From Eubacteriales bacterium (GTDB lineage: Bacteria > Bacillota > Clostridia > Oscillospirales > JAAYXM01), in NCBI GenBank assembly GCA_045589235.1, contig JAZNOR010000071.1, positions 1 through 63,936 on the forward strand: a stretch of 63,936 nt of DNA, in the 5' to 3' direction. The notes below the pieces were generated by a model. The model made no database searches and was not told the DNA's origin. It saw only the letters and a program-made list of their open reading frames with translations. Below, piece after piece: positions 1 to 11,606 of the stretch. The position numbers and the translations under genes were made by a program. Numbering within the stretch: position 1 is the stretch's first letter; every line of letters starts with the position of its first letter.

Positions 1-306
1 GGTATGGCGGCATCTATGGGCGCATTCTTGCTTTCAGCAGGAGCTAAGGGTAAGCGTCTTGCACTTCCTAATTCTGAGATTATGATTCATCAGCCTCTTT
101 CGGGTATGCAAGGTCAGGCTACCGATATCAAGATTCATACAGACAGAATTTTGCGCATTAAGCAGAAATTAAATGAAATTTTATCTGATGTTACAGGTCA
201 ACCGCTTGATAAGATTATAAACGACACCGAACGTGATAATTTTATGTCAGCAGATGAAGCGTTAAAGTACGGTCTTATTGATAAGGTGATTGATAAACGC
301 GCATAA
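1..306 (+). CDS. clpP: ATP-dependent Clp protease proteolytic subunit, C-terminal part (5' end outside window)
   Basis: Frame open from nt 1. [12 protein letters not shown]...IMIHQP...GQATDI motifs typical of ClpP. Followed by clpX. Confidence 0.9.
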   Translation, partial: GMAASMGAFLLSAGAKGKRLALPNSEIMIHQPLSGMQGQATDIKIHTDRILRIKQKLNEILSDVTGQPLDKIINDTERDNFMSADEALKYGLIDKVIDKRA

Positions 307-324
307 TGAAAGGATTGCTTTTAT

Positions 325-1554
325 ATGCATACTGATAATAAAACGGTATGTTCCTTTTGTGGTCGTTCACAGGATGAAGTTGGTCGCTTGATTGCAGGGC
401 AGACAGGATTTATCTGCAATGATTGTGTTGAACTTTGCAAGGAGCTTATCGAACACTATAAAACTGAAAATATTGAGTCTTTTGATGACGTGAAAAAAGA
501 GATTACACTTTTAAAGCCAAAGGAAATTCATTCGCGTCTTAGTGAATATATTGTAGGTCAAGAAAATGCAAAAATTACGCTTGCAGTTGCAGTTTACAAT
601 CACTATAAGCGTATTATGCATCTTGAAGACAATGATGATGTTGAACTCCAAAAGAGCAACATACTTATGATTGGACCAACGGGCTGCGGTAAAACTCTTT
701 TTGCACAGACTCTTGCAAAAATGTTAAATGTTCCGTTTGCAATTGCAGACGCGACAACATTAACAGAAGCAGGATATGTTGGTGAAGATGTTGAGAATAT
801 TTTACTGCGTTTAATTCAAGCTGCGGATTATGATATTGAAGCTGCTGAAAAAGGTATTATTTACATTGATGAAATTGATAAAATTGCTCGCAAGAGTGAG
901 AACACATCAATCACTCGCGATGTATCCGGCGAAGGCGTTCAGCAGGCACTTTTAAAACTTTTGGAAGGTACTGTTGCAAATGTTCCGCCAACAGGTGGAA
1001 GAAAGCACCCACATCAGGAGTTTATTCAAATAAATACCGCAAACATCTTATTTATCTGCGGCGGTGCATTTGACGGAATTGATAAGGTTATTTCCAAGAG
1101 AACTGCGAAAAACGGTATCGGTTTTGGTTCTGAAATTACAAGTAAAGAGGAGATGGAATTATCAAAGCTTTTAGAGAAAATTCAACCTCACGACTTGCTT
1201 AAATTCGGAATTATTCCGGAGCTTGTTGGTCGTCTTCCGGTTATAGCTCCGCTTGAAGCTTTGGATAGAGAAGCTATGATAAAAATATTAACCGAGCCGA
1301 AAAACGCACTTACAAAGCAGTATAAGAAGCTCTTAGCTCTTGATGATGTTGAACTTGAGTTTACGGATGATGCACTTGAGGCTATTGCCGATGCTGCTAT
1401 TGAACGTAAAATAGGTGCACGCGGACTTCGTGCAGTATTAGAGGGTGTTATGACAAAAATTATGTATTACATTCCCTCTGATGATTCGATTGCAAAGGTT
1501 ATAATAAATAAAGATTGTGTTGAAAACAACACTCCGATAATTGAGAGAAAGTAA
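325..1554 (+). CDS. clpX: ATP-dependent Clp protease ATP-binding subunit ClpX
   Basis: N-terminal zinc ribbon CSFCG...CNDC. Walker A GPTGCGKT. Canonical clpP-clpX-lon order. Confidence 0.97.
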   Translation: MHTDNKTVCSFCGRSQDEVGRLIAGQTGFICNDCVELCKELIEHYKTENIESFDDVKKEITLLKPKEIHSRLSEYIVGQENAKITLAVAVYNHYKRIMHLEDNDDVELQKSNILMIGPTGCGKTLFAQTLAKMLNVPFAIADATTLTEAGYVGEDVENILLRLIQAADYDIEAAEKGIIYIDEIDKIARKSENTSITRDVSGEGVQQALLKLLEGTVANVPPTGGRKHPHQEFIQINTANILFICGGAFDGIDKVISKRTAKNGIGFGSEITSKEEMELSKLLEKIQPHDLLKFGIIPELVGRLPVIAPLEALDREAMIKILTEPKNALTKQYKKLLALDDVELEFTDDALEAIADAAIERKIGARGLRAVLEGVMTKIMYYIPSDDSIAKVIINKDCVENNTPIIERK

Positions 1555-1584
1555 AATATCTTGCAAGAAAGGAAGTGACGCCTG

Positions 1585-4008
1585 ATGCAAGAAAACACAG
1601 CAAAAATTACTGAAATTATGCCGGTTTTGGCACTCAGAGGATTAACTGTATTTCCGGGTATGAATGTGCACTTTGATGTTGGTAGAGAAAAATCTGCGAG
1701 TGCATTACACGCGGCTATGACTCGCGGTCAGCGCATATTTCTCGTTGCGCAGAAGGAAATCACAACTGATGATCCGAATGTAAGTGACCTTTATTCAATC
1801 GGTACGATTGCTCATGTTGAGCAAATTTTGAAATTCCCGACCGGCGAAAATATGCGAGTTTTGGTTCGTGGTGAAGAACGTGCAATTATTGAATCTGTGA
1901 CACAAACAAAGCCACATTTAGAAGCTGAACTTTCACGTGCTCCGATTCTTAAAATGCGTGAAAGTGCACTTCGCCGTGAGGCACTGGTTCGTTCTACTCA
2001 CGAAATTTTTCGTGAATACGCAGAGCTTGCTCCCAAAATGACACAAGAGGTAATCTTGGGTGTTATGTCCAGGACGGAACCGGGCGAGCTTGCTGACTAT
2101 ATTGCTCAAAACTTGCCCACACCTTATCAGAATAAGCAGACAGTGCTTGAGGAAATTCATCCTTTTAAGCGTTTATCTCTCGTTAATAAACTTCTAAGCC
2201 GTGAGCTTGAAATATATCGTTTAGAGAGCGACATAGCAGGACAGGTTAGAGAACAGATCGATAAGAATCAAAGAGACTATTTTCTTCGCGAACAGCTTCG
2301 CGCAATTCAAAATGAACTTGGTGAGGGCGAAGAAATATTAAATGAAATTGAAGAGTATCGCGAGAAAATTTATTCGTTAAGCCTTCCGTCGGAATCTGAG
2401 GAAAAGTTATTACACGAAGTTACTCGTCTTACAAAAATGCAACCGACATCGCCTGAAAGCACGGTTATCAGAAACTATTTAGATACGTGTTTAGAACTTC
2501 CGTGGAATACACGCACACGTGATAAAATAGGACTTTCAAATGCACGTCGTACGCTTGACCGTGCACATTACGGTATGGATAAAGTCAAAGAGCGCATTAT
2601 TGAATTTATTGCGGCGCGTCAGCTTGCACCGGATATTAAGGGACAAATTATTTGTCTTGTTGGTCCTCCGGGTGTGGGCAAAACTTCAATAGGTAAATCT
2701 ATTGCGGAAGCTCTAGGACGTAAATTTGCTCGCCTTTCTCTTGGTGGTGTTCGTGATGAAGCTGATATTAGAGGCCACAGAAAGACTTATATCGGTGCTA
2801 TGCCCGGCAGAATCATGAATGCACTTAAGATTGCAGGAAGTAAAAATGCGCTTATTTTACTCGATGAAATTGATAAAATGAGCTCGGACTTCAGAGGAGA
2901 TCCGACCGCGGCTATGCTTGAAGTTTTAGATTCAGAACAAAACCACGCATTCCGTGATCACTATGTTGAATTGCCGTTTGATTTATCTGAAGTTATGTTT
3001 ATAACAACAGCAAATACAACGTCAACTATTCCGGCACCATTACTTGACCGTATGGAAGTAATCGAGCTGTCAAGTTATACTGCTGAAGAAAAATTTAACA
3101 TTGCAAAGCGTCATTTGATTCCGAAACAGATGAAACGTCACGGATTAACGCGTGATGACTTTAGAATTGACGACAAAACTATTTATAAGATTATCGAGGC
3201 ATACACTCGTGAAGCCGGCGTAAGAACACTGGAGCGTGAAATTGGCACAGTTTGCCGCCGTGCAGCTAAAAAGATTGTTGCAAACGAAAGTAAAAAGATA
3301 GTTGTATCGCGCGATAATTTAAAAGAATTCTTAGGAATTGAACGATATCACTCTGAGTTTAACAAAACAATGGATGAACCGGGTGTTGTTAACGGTCTTG
3401 CTTGGACATCTGTAGGCGGCGAGATTTTGGAAGTTGAGGTCAACGTTGTTGACGGAAGCGGAAAAATTGAAATTACAGGAAATCTAGGTACTGTTATGAA
3501 TGAATCCGCCAAAGCGGCACTCACTTATGTCAGAAGCCGCACTGATGTATTTGGAATTGACCATGATTTTTATAAAAAATCAGATATTCACATTCACTTT
3601 CCGGAGGGAGCTATTCCCAAGGATGGTCCGAGCGCCGGCATAACGATTACAACAGCACTTGTCAGCGCACTTACAGGCATACCTGCTGATTGCAATATTG
3701 CAATGACAGGTGAGGTTTCAATACGCGGAAGAGTTCTTCCGATCGGCGGTCTTCGTGAGAAATCTATGGCTGCTTACAGAGCAGGAATTTCAAAGGTAAT
3801 AATTCCACAAGATAACTTGAAGGATTTAGAAGAAATTTCGAAAGCTGTTCGTGAGAAAATTGAATTTGTTCCGGTAACTCACGTTGATACGGTTATTTCT
3901 CACGCTTTGGATATTGAAAAACTTCCTGCAAAAAAAGAAACAGAAGAAGTTAAACCAATAATATCAAAACCGAAAAGTAATAGGAAAATTACAGAAATTC
4001 GTCAGTAG
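1585..4008 (+). CDS. lon: Lon protease (LonA type)
   Basis: 807 aa. Walker A GPPGVGKTS. Protease motif DGPSAGIT. Confidence 0.97.
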   Translation: MQENTAKITEIMPVLALRGLTVFPGMNVHFDVGREKSASALHAAMTRGQRIFLVAQKEITTDDPNVSDLYSIGTIAHVEQILKFPTGENMRVLVRGEERAIIESVTQTKPHLEAELSRAPILKMRESALRREALVRSTHEIFREYAELAPKMTQEVILGVMSRTEPGELADYIAQNLPTPYQNKQTVLEEIHPFKRLSLVNKLLSRELEIYRLESDIAGQVREQIDKNQRDYFLREQLRAIQNELGEGEEILNEIEEYREKIYSLSLPSESEEKLLHEVTRLTKMQPTSPESTVIRNYLDTCLELPWNTRTRDKIGLSNARRTLDRAHYGMDKVKERIIEFIAARQLAPDIKGQIICLVGPPGVGKTSIGKSIAEALGRKFARLSLGGVRDEADIRGHRKTYIGAMPGRIMNALKIAGSKNALILLDEIDKMSSDFRGDPTAAMLEVLDSEQNHAFRDHYVELPFDLSEVMFITTANTTSTIPAPLLDRMEVIELSSYTAEEKFNIAKRHLIPKQMKRHGLTRDDFRIDDKTIYKIIEAYTREAGVRTLEREIGTVCRRAAKKIVANESKKIVVSRDNLKEFLGIERYHSEFNKTMDEPGVVNGLAWTSVGGEILEVEVNVVDGSGKIEITGNLGTVMNESAKAALTYVRSRTDVFGIDHDFYKKSDIHIHFPEGAIPKDGPSAGITITTALVSALTGIPADCNIAMTGEVSIRGRVLPIGGLREKSMAAYRAGISKVIIPQDNLKDLEEISKAVREKIEFVPVTHVDTVISHALDIEKLPAKKETEEVKPIISKPKSNRKITEIRQ

Positions 4009-4023
4009 AGAGGAGGTTTTGCT

Positions 4024-4614
4024 GTGGCTGTTAACTTAAACAAGGCGGAATTTATACGGTCTGCAGTTAATACGGGGGATTTTCCATCAGATGATTTACC
4101 TCAAATTGTTTTTGCAGGTAAGTCCAATGTCGGTAAATCTTCAGTTATAAACAGATTGTTAAATCGAAAGAACTTCGCAAGAGTTGGGGCATCACCCGGC
4201 AAAACCACACATATTAACTTCTTTCTTATTGACAATCAAATATATTTAGTAGACCTGCCGGGTTATGGCTACGCTAAAGTTTCGCAAAAAGAACGCGAGC
4301 GATGGGGAAGACTGATTGAAGACTTTTTTGCTTTTGAAAAGCCTATTAACCTTGGAATATTCATAGTTGATATTCGCCATAAACCGACAGAAAATGATAT
4401 TGTTATGGCTGACTGCTTCAAGGATCTTGAAATTCCGTTTGTTGTTATCGCAAATAAGTCAGATAAACTTAAGAAAAGTCAGATTGAACCTGCACTTGAC
4501 TTAATTTCCGACACACTTGATGTTTCAAAGGAAATTATAATTCCTTTCTCCGCTGAGAAGGGTGACGGTCGTGATGCAGTTCTGACTAAAATTTACGCGA
4601 GGTTAAAGATATGA
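4024..4614 (+). CDS. engB: Ribosome biogenesis GTP-binding protein YsxC/EngB
   Basis: GTG start after GAGGAGG. G1 motif GKSNVGKSS, DLPGYGY, NKSDK. Conserved position after lon. Confidence 0.9.
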   Translation: MAVNLNKAEFIRSAVNTGDFPSDDLPQIVFAGKSNVGKSSVINRLLNRKNFARVGASPGKTTHINFFLIDNQIYLVDLPGYGYAKVSQKERERWGRLIEDFFAFEKPINLGIFIVDIRHKPTENDIVMADCFKDLEIPFVVIANKSDKLKKSQIEPALDLISDTLDVSKEIIIPFSAEKGDGRDAVLTKIYARLKI

Positions 4615-5909
4615 TTTCACCGTGTTTATCAATAAATGAAAAAAATCATCTTGCAATTGGTAATGTTGATGTTCCGTCTCTTGCAAAAGAGTATGGCACT
4701 CCGCTTATGATTATGGATGAGGACAATATAAGAGCTACCTGTCGAGAATACCGTGCAGCACTTAAGAAACATTATGGAAATAATTTTCTTGTCTGCTTTG
4801 CAAGTAAAGCTTTTTGCACCAAGTATATGTATAAAATCTTAAATGATGAGCAGATGGGAGCCGATGTTGTTTCCGGTGGCGAGCTTTATACAGCTAATTC
4901 TGCTGGCTTTCCGATGGAGAGAATTTATTTCCACGGAAATAATAAGACAAAAGATGAAATAAGTCTTGCACTTGACCTTAAAATTCGTCGCTTTGTTGTT
5001 GATAATATTGAAGAGCTTATGCTTCTGAACGAAATGTCACTTGAACGCGACGTTGTTTCTGAAATATCTTTTAGAATTAAGCCGGGTGTTGATGCACATA
5101 CACATGATTTTGTTAAAACCGGACAGATTGATTCTAAGTTCGGCGTTGCACTTGAAAACGGCGAAGCAATGGATATAATCGAAAAGGCATCAAAGCTTTC
5201 CGGAGTGAAGCTTGTTGGTATTCATTGCCATATTGGCTCACAGATTTTTGATAATGAACCATTTCGTCATGCTGCAGAAATTATGATGCAGTTTATGGCA
5301 GAGGTGCGTGAAAAGCTTGGTATAGTTATTTCCGAGCTTAACTTAGGCGGCGGATTTGGAATTGCTTACACAAATGCAGATGACCCTGAACCTATTGACG
5401 TTACAGTAAAAAACTTTACTGATGTGGTTAAAATTAAGGCTAAAGAACTTGATTTGCCGCTTCCGTTTATTGTTATTGAACCGGGCCGTTCAATCATTGC
5501 ACCAAGCGGGATTACGGTTTACACTGTAGGCTCTGTAAAAAAAATTGAGGGCGTTCGCACTTATGTATCTGTAGACGGAGGTATGGCGGATAACCCACGT
5601 TATGCGTTGTATCAAGCTGATTACACCGTAGTTGCACCTGAAAAAATGAATGAATCTGCCACTGATTGTGTGACAGTTGCAGGAAAGTGCTGTGAAAGTG
5701 GCGATTTAATTTGTGAAAATTTGATGATTCAAAAAGTCAAAGCAGGGGAGTTGCTCGCTGTTTTGTCAACAGGTGCTTATAATTATTCTATGGCATCAAA
5801 TTATAATCGCATACCGAGACCGGCTGTTGTTATGGTTTCCGGCGGCAATTCGAAGGTTGTTATTGCGCGTGAAACATATGCTGATATTATAAAAAACGAT
5901 ATTTGTTAA
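4611..5909 (+). CDS. lysA: Diaminopimelate decarboxylase
   Basis: 432 aa Orn/DAP/Arg decarboxylase fold (CESGD, GAYNYSMASNYN). ATGA overlap with the engB stop. Confidence 0.93.
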   Translation: MISPCLSINEKNHLAIGNVDVPSLAKEYGTPLMIMDEDNIRATCREYRAALKKHYGNNFLVCFASKAFCTKYMYKILNDEQMGADVVSGGELYTANSAGFPMERIYFHGNNKTKDEISLALDLKIRRFVVDNIEELMLLNEMSLERDVVSEISFRIKPGVDAHTHDFVKTGQIDSKFGVALENGEAMDIIEKASKLSGVKLVGIHCHIGSQIFDNEPFRHAAEIMMQFMAEVREKLGIVISELNLGGGFGIAYTNADDPEPIDVTVKNFTDVVKIKAKELDLPLPFIVIEPGRSIIAPSGITVYTVGSVKKIEGVRTYVSVDGGMADNPRYALYQADYTVVAPEKMNESATDCVTVAGKCCESGDLICENLMIQKVKAGELLAVLSTGAYNYSMASNYNRIPRPAVVMVSGGNSKVVIARETYADIIKNDIC

Positions 5910-5911
5910 TT

Positions 5912-5948
5912 AAAAGTCTCTGCATATTGCGGAGACTTTTGTTTTTTT
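5912..5948 (+). terminator. Rho-independent terminator after lysA
   Basis: aaagtctc...gagacttt stem followed by a T-run. Confidence 0.7.
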
Positions 5949-6047
5949 AGAAATTTAATCAAAGTTTTTATAAAATAATCATAGACTTTTTGGGAAAAAT
6001 ATGGTTTAATATAATAGATATATTTTTGCTTATTGGAGTGAAAGATT

Positions 6048-7439
6048 GTGAAGTTAGAAACAGTAAAAAACTTATATCGCAATACTGCGGATTTCGATGG
6101 TAAAACTGTTACCGTCGGTGGTTGGGCGCGTACAATTCGAGATTCAAAGGTGTTTGGATTTATTGAATTAAACGACGGCTCATTTTTTAAGAGTGTTCAA
6201 ATTGTTATTGATGATACTCTTTCAAATTTTAAAGATATAATTAAACTAAATGTTGGTGCAGCGCTTATTGTAACAGGTAAAGTAATTGTTACACCTGATG
6301 CAAAGCAGCCATTTGAAATAAAAGCTGAAGATGTTGTAATTGAAGGCGAAAGCACTCAGGACTATCCGCTTCAGAAGAAGCGCCATTCTATGGAATTTTT
6401 GCGTACCATTGCATATCTCCGCCCGAGAACAAATACTTTTTCTGCAGTTTTCCGTGTGAGAAGCACTGCGGCATATGCAATCCATAAGTTCTTCCAGGAG
6501 AGAGGGTTTGTTTACGCTCAGACTCCGATTATTACCGGTAGCGACTGCGAAGGTGCAGGCGAAATGTTCCGCATCACAACGCTTGATATGAATAACTTAC
6601 CGCTTGATGACAATGGTAAGGTTGATTATACACAGGATTTCTTTGGCAGAGAAACAAATCTAACAGTTTCCGGTCAGCTTGAAGCTGAAACATTTGCGTT
6701 AGCTTACGGCAAAACATATACATTCGGCCCGACTTTCCGCGCTGAAAATTCCAATACAGCGCGCCATGCAGCTGAGTTCTGGATGATTGAGCCTGAAATT
6801 GCTTTTGCTGACTTAAATGATGATATGGAACTTGCGGAAGCAATGGTCAAATATGTTATCTCTTATGTTCTTGAGCAGTGCCCGGAAGAAATGGAGTTCT
6901 TTAACAACTTCTTCGATAAGGGACTTATCGAGCGTTTAACTTCTATCGTTGATGCTGACTTTGGTGTTATGGATTACACAGAGGGTATCAAGATTTTAGA
7001 GCAACATAAGGATGAATTTGAATATCCGGTATTCTGGGGTTGTGATTTGCAGACAGAACACGAGCGTTTCTTAACTGAGAAGATCATGAAGAAGCCGATG
7101 TTTTTAATTAACTATCCGAAGGAAATCAAGGCATTCTATATGCGCGTTAATGATGACGATAAGACTGTTGCTGCTATGGACTTGTTTGTTCCGGGTATCG
7201 GTGAGCTTATCGGTGGAAGCCAGCGTGAGGAACGTTACGATGTGTTGCTTTCACGTATTCGTGAGCTTGGCCTTAACGAGGCAGATTACGAGTGGTATTT
7301 AAATCTCCGTCGCTTTGGCGGCACTCACCATGCAGGTTTTGGTCTTGGTTTTGAGCGTATGATTATGTACTTAACAGGTGTATCAAATATCCGTGACGTT
7401 CTGGCATTCCCGCGTACTGCAGGAAAGTTCGGATTTTAA
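6048..7439 (+). CDS. asnS: Asparagine--tRNA ligase
   Basis: 463 aa class IIb aaRS with N-terminal OB fold. [11 protein letters not shown] and GGSQRE motifs. GTG start. Confidence 0.95.
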   Translation: MKLETVKNLYRNTADFDGKTVTVGGWARTIRDSKVFGFIELNDGSFFKSVQIVIDDTLSNFKDIIKLNVGAALIVTGKVIVTPDAKQPFEIKAEDVVIEGESTQDYPLQKKRHSMEFLRTIAYLRPRTNTFSAVFRVRSTAAYAIHKFFQERGFVYAQTPIITGSDCEGAGEMFRITTLDMNNLPLDDNGKVDYTQDFFGRETNLTVSGQLEAETFALAYGKTYTFGPTFRAENSNTARHAAEFWMIEPEIAFADLNDDMELAEAMVKYVISYVLEQCPEEMEFFNNFFDKGLIERLTSIVDADFGVMDYTEGIKILEQHKDEFEYPVFWGCDLQTEHERFLTEKIMKKPMFLINYPKEIKAFYMRVNDDDKTVAAMDLFVPGIGELIGGSQREERYDVLLSRIRELGLNEADYEWYLNLRRFGGTHHAGFGLGFERMIMYLTGVSNIRDVLAFPRTAGKFGF

Positions 7440-7459
7440 TATAAATTGGAGGATTTTTT

Positions 7460-8737
7460 ATGGCATTTTATACTGAATTAAACCGCGATGAGCTTTTAAA
7501 AACGCTTGATGCATTGAATAAAGAATATAAGGATTATTGCGCAAAAGGCTTGAAGCTTGATATGTCTCGCGGAAAACCGGCGCCGGATCAGCTTGATTTA
7601 TCTGAGGGAATTTTAACTCAAGTTGCAACTATAGCTGATACCAAATTCGGTGGTACTGACACTCGAAATTACGGCGGCCTTGACGGACTACCGGAAATGA
7701 AGGAAATCTTTGCTGAAATGCTTGGAGTTAAGACATCTGAAGTTATCGTTGGCGGCAACTCAAGTCTTAATATGATGTACGACACGGTTATGCGCGCAAT
7801 GAACTTTGGTATTTTAGGAAGCACTCCATGGAACAAACTTCCGGAAGTTAAGTTCTTATGTCCGAGCCCGGGTTATGACCGTCATTTCACTGTTTGTGAA
7901 GCGTTTGGAATAAAGCTTATTCCGATTGAAATGAAAGCTGATGGTCCTGATATGGACACAGTTAAACAGTTGGTTGAAAGTGATGACTCAGTTAAGGGTA
8001 TCTGGTGTGTTCCAAAGTACTCTAATCCGAGCGGTATTACTTACAGTGATGAGGTTGTTCGCATATTTGCTAATTTAAAGCCGGCGGCAAAGGATTTTCG
8101 TATTTTCTGGGATAACGCTTACGTTATTCACGATTTATACGATGAGCACGATAAGTTACTTAACATCTTAGACGAGTGCCGCGCGGCAGGAAATGAGGAT
8201 ATGTGTTATATCTTTGCATCAACCTCAAAGGTTACTTATCCAGGTGCGGGTGTTGCAGTCATTGCTTCGAGTGAAGCTAATATTAACGCTATCAAGAAGC
8301 TTATGGCTTCACAGACAATCGGTCCTGATAAAATCAATCAGGTTCGTCACATTAAATTCTTTAAGAATTTAGACGGTATTTTAGAGCATATGAAAAAGCA
8401 CGCAGCTATTCTTCGTCCTAAGTTTGAAATTATTCTTGAAACATTGGATAAAGAATTAGCAGGTCTCGGCATTGCAGAATGGCACAAGCCGAATGGTGGT
8501 TACTTTATCAGTCTTGATGTTTTCCCAGGTTGTGCAAAACGCGTTCACGCGCTTTTAAAAGAAGCAGGCGTAGTTATGACAGGTGCTGGTGCAACTTATC
8601 CGTATGGCAATGACCCGCAAGACCGAAATTTGCGTATTGCTCCGTCATTCCCGACAGTCGAGGAGCTTGCAGTTGCAGCTAAGATGCTTTGCCTTTGTGT
8701 TAAGCTTACAGCTTGTGAAAAGCTTTTAGAGAAATAA
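7460..8737 (+). CDS. Class I/II PLP-dependent aminotransferase, aspartate aminotransferase-like
   Basis: 425 aa. MSRGKPAPDQLDL N-terminal signature and STSKVTYPGAGV (PLP lysine region). Substrate not determinable from the sequence. Confidence 0.75.
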   Translation: MAFYTELNRDELLKTLDALNKEYKDYCAKGLKLDMSRGKPAPDQLDLSEGILTQVATIADTKFGGTDTRNYGGLDGLPEMKEIFAEMLGVKTSEVIVGGNSSLNMMYDTVMRAMNFGILGSTPWNKLPEVKFLCPSPGYDRHFTVCEAFGIKLIPIEMKADGPDMDTVKQLVESDDSVKGIWCVPKYSNPSGITYSDEVVRIFANLKPAAKDFRIFWDNAYVIHDLYDEHDKLLNILDECRAAGNEDMCYIFASTSKVTYPGAGVAVIASSEANINAIKKLMASQTIGPDKINQVRHIKFFKNLDGILEHMKKHAAILRPKFEIILETLDKELAGLGIAEWHKPNGGYFISLDVFPGCAKRVHALLKEAGVVMTGAGATYPYGNDPQDRNLRIAPSFPTVEELAVAAKMLCLCVKLTACEKLLEK

Positions 8738-8751
8738 AGGGGAAGTTTAAA

Positions 8752-10182
8752 ATGTATGATGTTTATGAAACTCCGCTAGGCTCACGCTATGCCAGTAAGG
8801 AGATGCTTTATATCTTTTCTCCGGATATGAAGTTTAAAACCTGGCGCAAGCTTTGGATTGCTCTTGCTAAGGCCGAACATGAGCTTGGACTTCCTGTTAC
8901 ACAGGAACAGATTGATGAGCTTATTTCTCAGAAAGACAATATAAATTACGAAGTGGCTCGTGCTCGTGAAAAAGAAGTGCGTCATGATGTCATGTCACAT
9001 GTTTTTGCGTATGGCGAACAGTGCCCAAAGGCTAAACCAATTATTCATCTCGGCGCTACAAGTTGCTATGTGGGTGATAATACAGACATTATCATTATGA
9101 CAGAAGGCCTAAAACTTATTCGCAAAAGACTAGTCAGTGTTATTGCTGCACTCTCTAAGTTTGCAGACGAATATAAAGCTATGCCGACTCTTGGATTTAC
9201 TCATTTTCAGCCGGCTCAGCTTACAACTGTTGGTAAGCGTGCAACGCTTTGGATTAATGAGTTACTTATGGACTTAGAGGAAATTAACTTCCGCATTGTC
9301 GGTATGAAGCTTTTAGGTTCAAAGGGTACAACTGGTACTCAGGCAAGCTTTATAGAGCTTTTTGACGGAGATGAAGAAAAAGTTAAAAAGTTAGAAGAGC
9401 TTATTGCTAAGGATATGGGGTTTGACAGTGTTGTTCCGGTTTCAGGTCAAACATATTCACGTAAGGTTGACTCTCAGATTCTTGCAACTCTTGCAGGAAT
9501 TGCACAGAGTGCATCTAAATTTGCAACAGACCTTCGTTTACTCTCTAATCTTAAAGAAATTGAAGAACCGTTTGAAGGCAAACAAATCGGCTCATCAGCT
9601 ATGCCATATAAAAGAAATCCAATGCGTTCTGAACGTATTTGTGCTCTGTCAAGATACGTTATGGCTGATGCACTTAACCCGATGATGACTGCATCTGTTC
9701 AGTGGTTTGAGAGAACTTTAGACGACTCAGCCAATAAGAGAATTGCGGTTCCGGAAGCATTTCTTGCAATTGATGCGATATTGCTTATTTACTTAAATAT
9801 TGCATCAGGCATGGTGGTTCATCCTAAGGTCATTGAAAAGCGCGTTATGAGCGAGCTTCCTTTTATGGCTACAGAAAATATTATGATGAGTGCTGTTAAG
9901 AAGGGTGGAGACCGACAAGAACTTCACGAAAGAATCAGAACACACTCTATTGCAGCAGGAAATCGTGTTAAGGAAGAGGGTCTTGACAACGACCTTATAT
10001 CACGAATTGCTAATGACCCGATGTTTGGTATGACAGAAGAAGAAATTCGTTTAAATCTAAATCCGGCAGACTTTACAGGTCGTGCAGAAGGTCAGGTTTG
10101 TGAGTTTATCTCAAATTGTGTTAATCCTGCAATTGCACCTTTTATTGACAATCTTGACAATTCTGCAGAATTATCCGTCTAA
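8752..10182 (+). CDS. purB: Adenylosuccinate lyase
   Basis: 476 aa fumarate-lyase superfamily. GSSAMPYKRNP signature. Confidence 0.95.
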   Translation: MYDVYETPLGSRYASKEMLYIFSPDMKFKTWRKLWIALAKAEHELGLPVTQEQIDELISQKDNINYEVARAREKEVRHDVMSHVFAYGEQCPKAKPIIHLGATSCYVGDNTDIIIMTEGLKLIRKRLVSVIAALSKFADEYKAMPTLGFTHFQPAQLTTVGKRATLWINELLMDLEEINFRIVGMKLLGSKGTTGTQASFIELFDGDEEKVKKLEELIAKDMGFDSVVPVSGQTYSRKVDSQILATLAGIAQSASKFATDLRLLSNLKEIEEPFEGKQIGSSAMPYKRNPMRSERICALSRYVMADALNPMMTASVQWFERTLDDSANKRIAVPEAFLAIDAILLIYLNIASGMVVHPKVIEKRVMSELPFMATENIMMSAVKKGGDRQELHERIRTHSIAAGNRVKEEGLDNDLISRIANDPMFGMTEEEIRLNLNPADFTGRAEGQVCEFISNCVNPAIAPFIDNLDNSAELSV

Positions 10183-10187
10183 AAATA

Positions 10188-10216
10188 TTGACTAAACGGA
10201 ATATATTGTATATAAT
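10188..10216 (+). promoter_or_regulatory. Sigma-A type promoter for secDF
   Basis: TTGACT (10188-10193), 17-nt spacer, TATAAT (10211-10216). A 10-bp stem hairpin follows in the leader. Confidence 0.55.
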
Positions 10217-10283
10217 AAAAGAATATTGCGGTATATTTAGAAAATATACCGTGAAGTGTATTACTTAAGGAGGCCAGAAGGCA

Positions 10284-11588
10284 ATGAAAAAAAGTATTGC
10301 AATTTTTGTTGCTTCGATACTTGTGTTAGCCATTATGGTAGCAATTACGCTTGCCGGTTTTAACCTTGGTGTCGTTAGCATCCCGAAGGCTCAGGACGGT
10401 GTTCGTCTTGGTCTTGACCTAAAGGGTGGTTCGGTTATCACCTTTGAGGCTCAGCTCGAAGAAGGTGCTGATATCTCAAATTTACGTGAGGATATGCAGA
10501 CTGCGCAGACGGTTTTGAGAAAGCGTCTTGATGACCAGATGTACAACGAAGCTACAGTTCAGCTTGTTGGCGAAAATCGTATCCGTGTTGAAATTCCTGA
10601 AATTACAAATCCGGAAGAAGCTGTTGCTCTTCTTGGTAAAACCGCTATTTTGGAATTCCGCGATGCTGACGGTAATGTTGGTATTACAGGTAACGACATT
10701 AAAGAAGCTCAGAGCAGCTATGGTCAGACCGAAGAAAACGGTCCGCAGCATTATCATGTTGCTTTAACCCTCAAGCCGGAGGCTGTTGCAACATTTACTG
10801 AAATGACAAAGAAAGCTGCCGGCAGATCAGCGGAAGGAAAGAACTACATCTCAATCTTTATGGATGATGTTGAACAGTCTTCTCCGTTTGTTGATGCAAA
10901 GTATGCTAGCACAGGTATCAACTCAGAGCAGGTTATTATTACTGTCGGTGGTGGCGGTGAGCTTGGTGCAGATGCTGCTGAGAGCGCAAAGAATTTGGCA
11001 AGCATCATTAACTCAGGTCGTCTTCCGTTCGCACTCAAGGAAGTTGAACTTCGTTCAGTTGGACCTACTCTCGGTGAAAAAGCTTTAGAGACAAGCATTT
11101 TAGCAGCTCTTATCGGCTTAATTCTTGTAATGATCTTTATGGTCGTTGTCTACCGCTTACCGGGTATTGTTGCTGATATTTCGCTTATCTTCTACACAGC
11201 ACTTGTTGTTATTATTCTTGCAATTATGAAGATTAACTTATCACTTCCGGGTATTGCAGGTATCATTCTTTCAATCGGTATGGCAGTTGATGCAAACGTT
11301 ATTATCTTCGAGCGTATTAAAGATGAGCTTCGCTCAGGTAAGACAATTAAGGCGTCAATTGATGCAGGCTTTAAGCGTGCATTTACCGCTATCTTAGACT
11401 CGAATGTTACAACTATCATCGCAGCGGTTGTTCTTGCAATCTTTGGTACAGGCAGTATCCAGGGCTTTGCTTGGACACTCGGTATCGGTGTTGTTGTTTC
11501 GTTATTCACCGCGGTTGTTGTTACTCGCTTCTTGCTTAAGCAGCTTGTTGGTATGAACATCAAATCGCCTAAGGCGTACGGTGCGTAA
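10284..11588 (+). CDS. secD: Protein translocase subunit SecD
   Basis: 434 aa. N-terminal TM, periplasmic domain, C-terminal 5-TM SecD/F block. Confidence 0.93.
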   Translation: MKKSIAIFVASILVLAIMVAITLAGFNLGVVSIPKAQDGVRLGLDLKGGSVITFEAQLEEGADISNLREDMQTAQTVLRKRLDDQMYNEATVQLVGENRIRVEIPEITNPEEAVALLGKTAILEFRDADGNVGITGNDIKEAQSSYGQTEENGPQHYHVALTLKPEAVATFTEMTKKAAGRSAEGKNYISIFMDDVEQSSPFVDAKYASTGINSEQVIITVGGGGELGADAAESAKNLASIINSGRLPFALKEVELRSVGPTLGEKALETSILAALIGLILVMIFMVVVYRLPGIVADISLIFYTALVVIILAIMKINLSLPGIAGIILSIGMAVDANVIIFERIKDELRSGKTIKASIDAGFKRAFTAILDSNVTTIIAAVVLAIFGTGSIQGFAWTLGIGVVVSLFTAVVVTRFLLKQLVGMNIKSPKAYGA

Positions 11589-11606
11589 GAGAGGAGGAGA
11601 TTTATA

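Noticed and set aside
5949-6047. T-box leader expected upstream of asnS (also considered for proC at 35285..35480)
   Set aside because: The asnS leader is under 100 nt. Neither region contains the conserved T-box sequence or a terminator/antiterminator pair.
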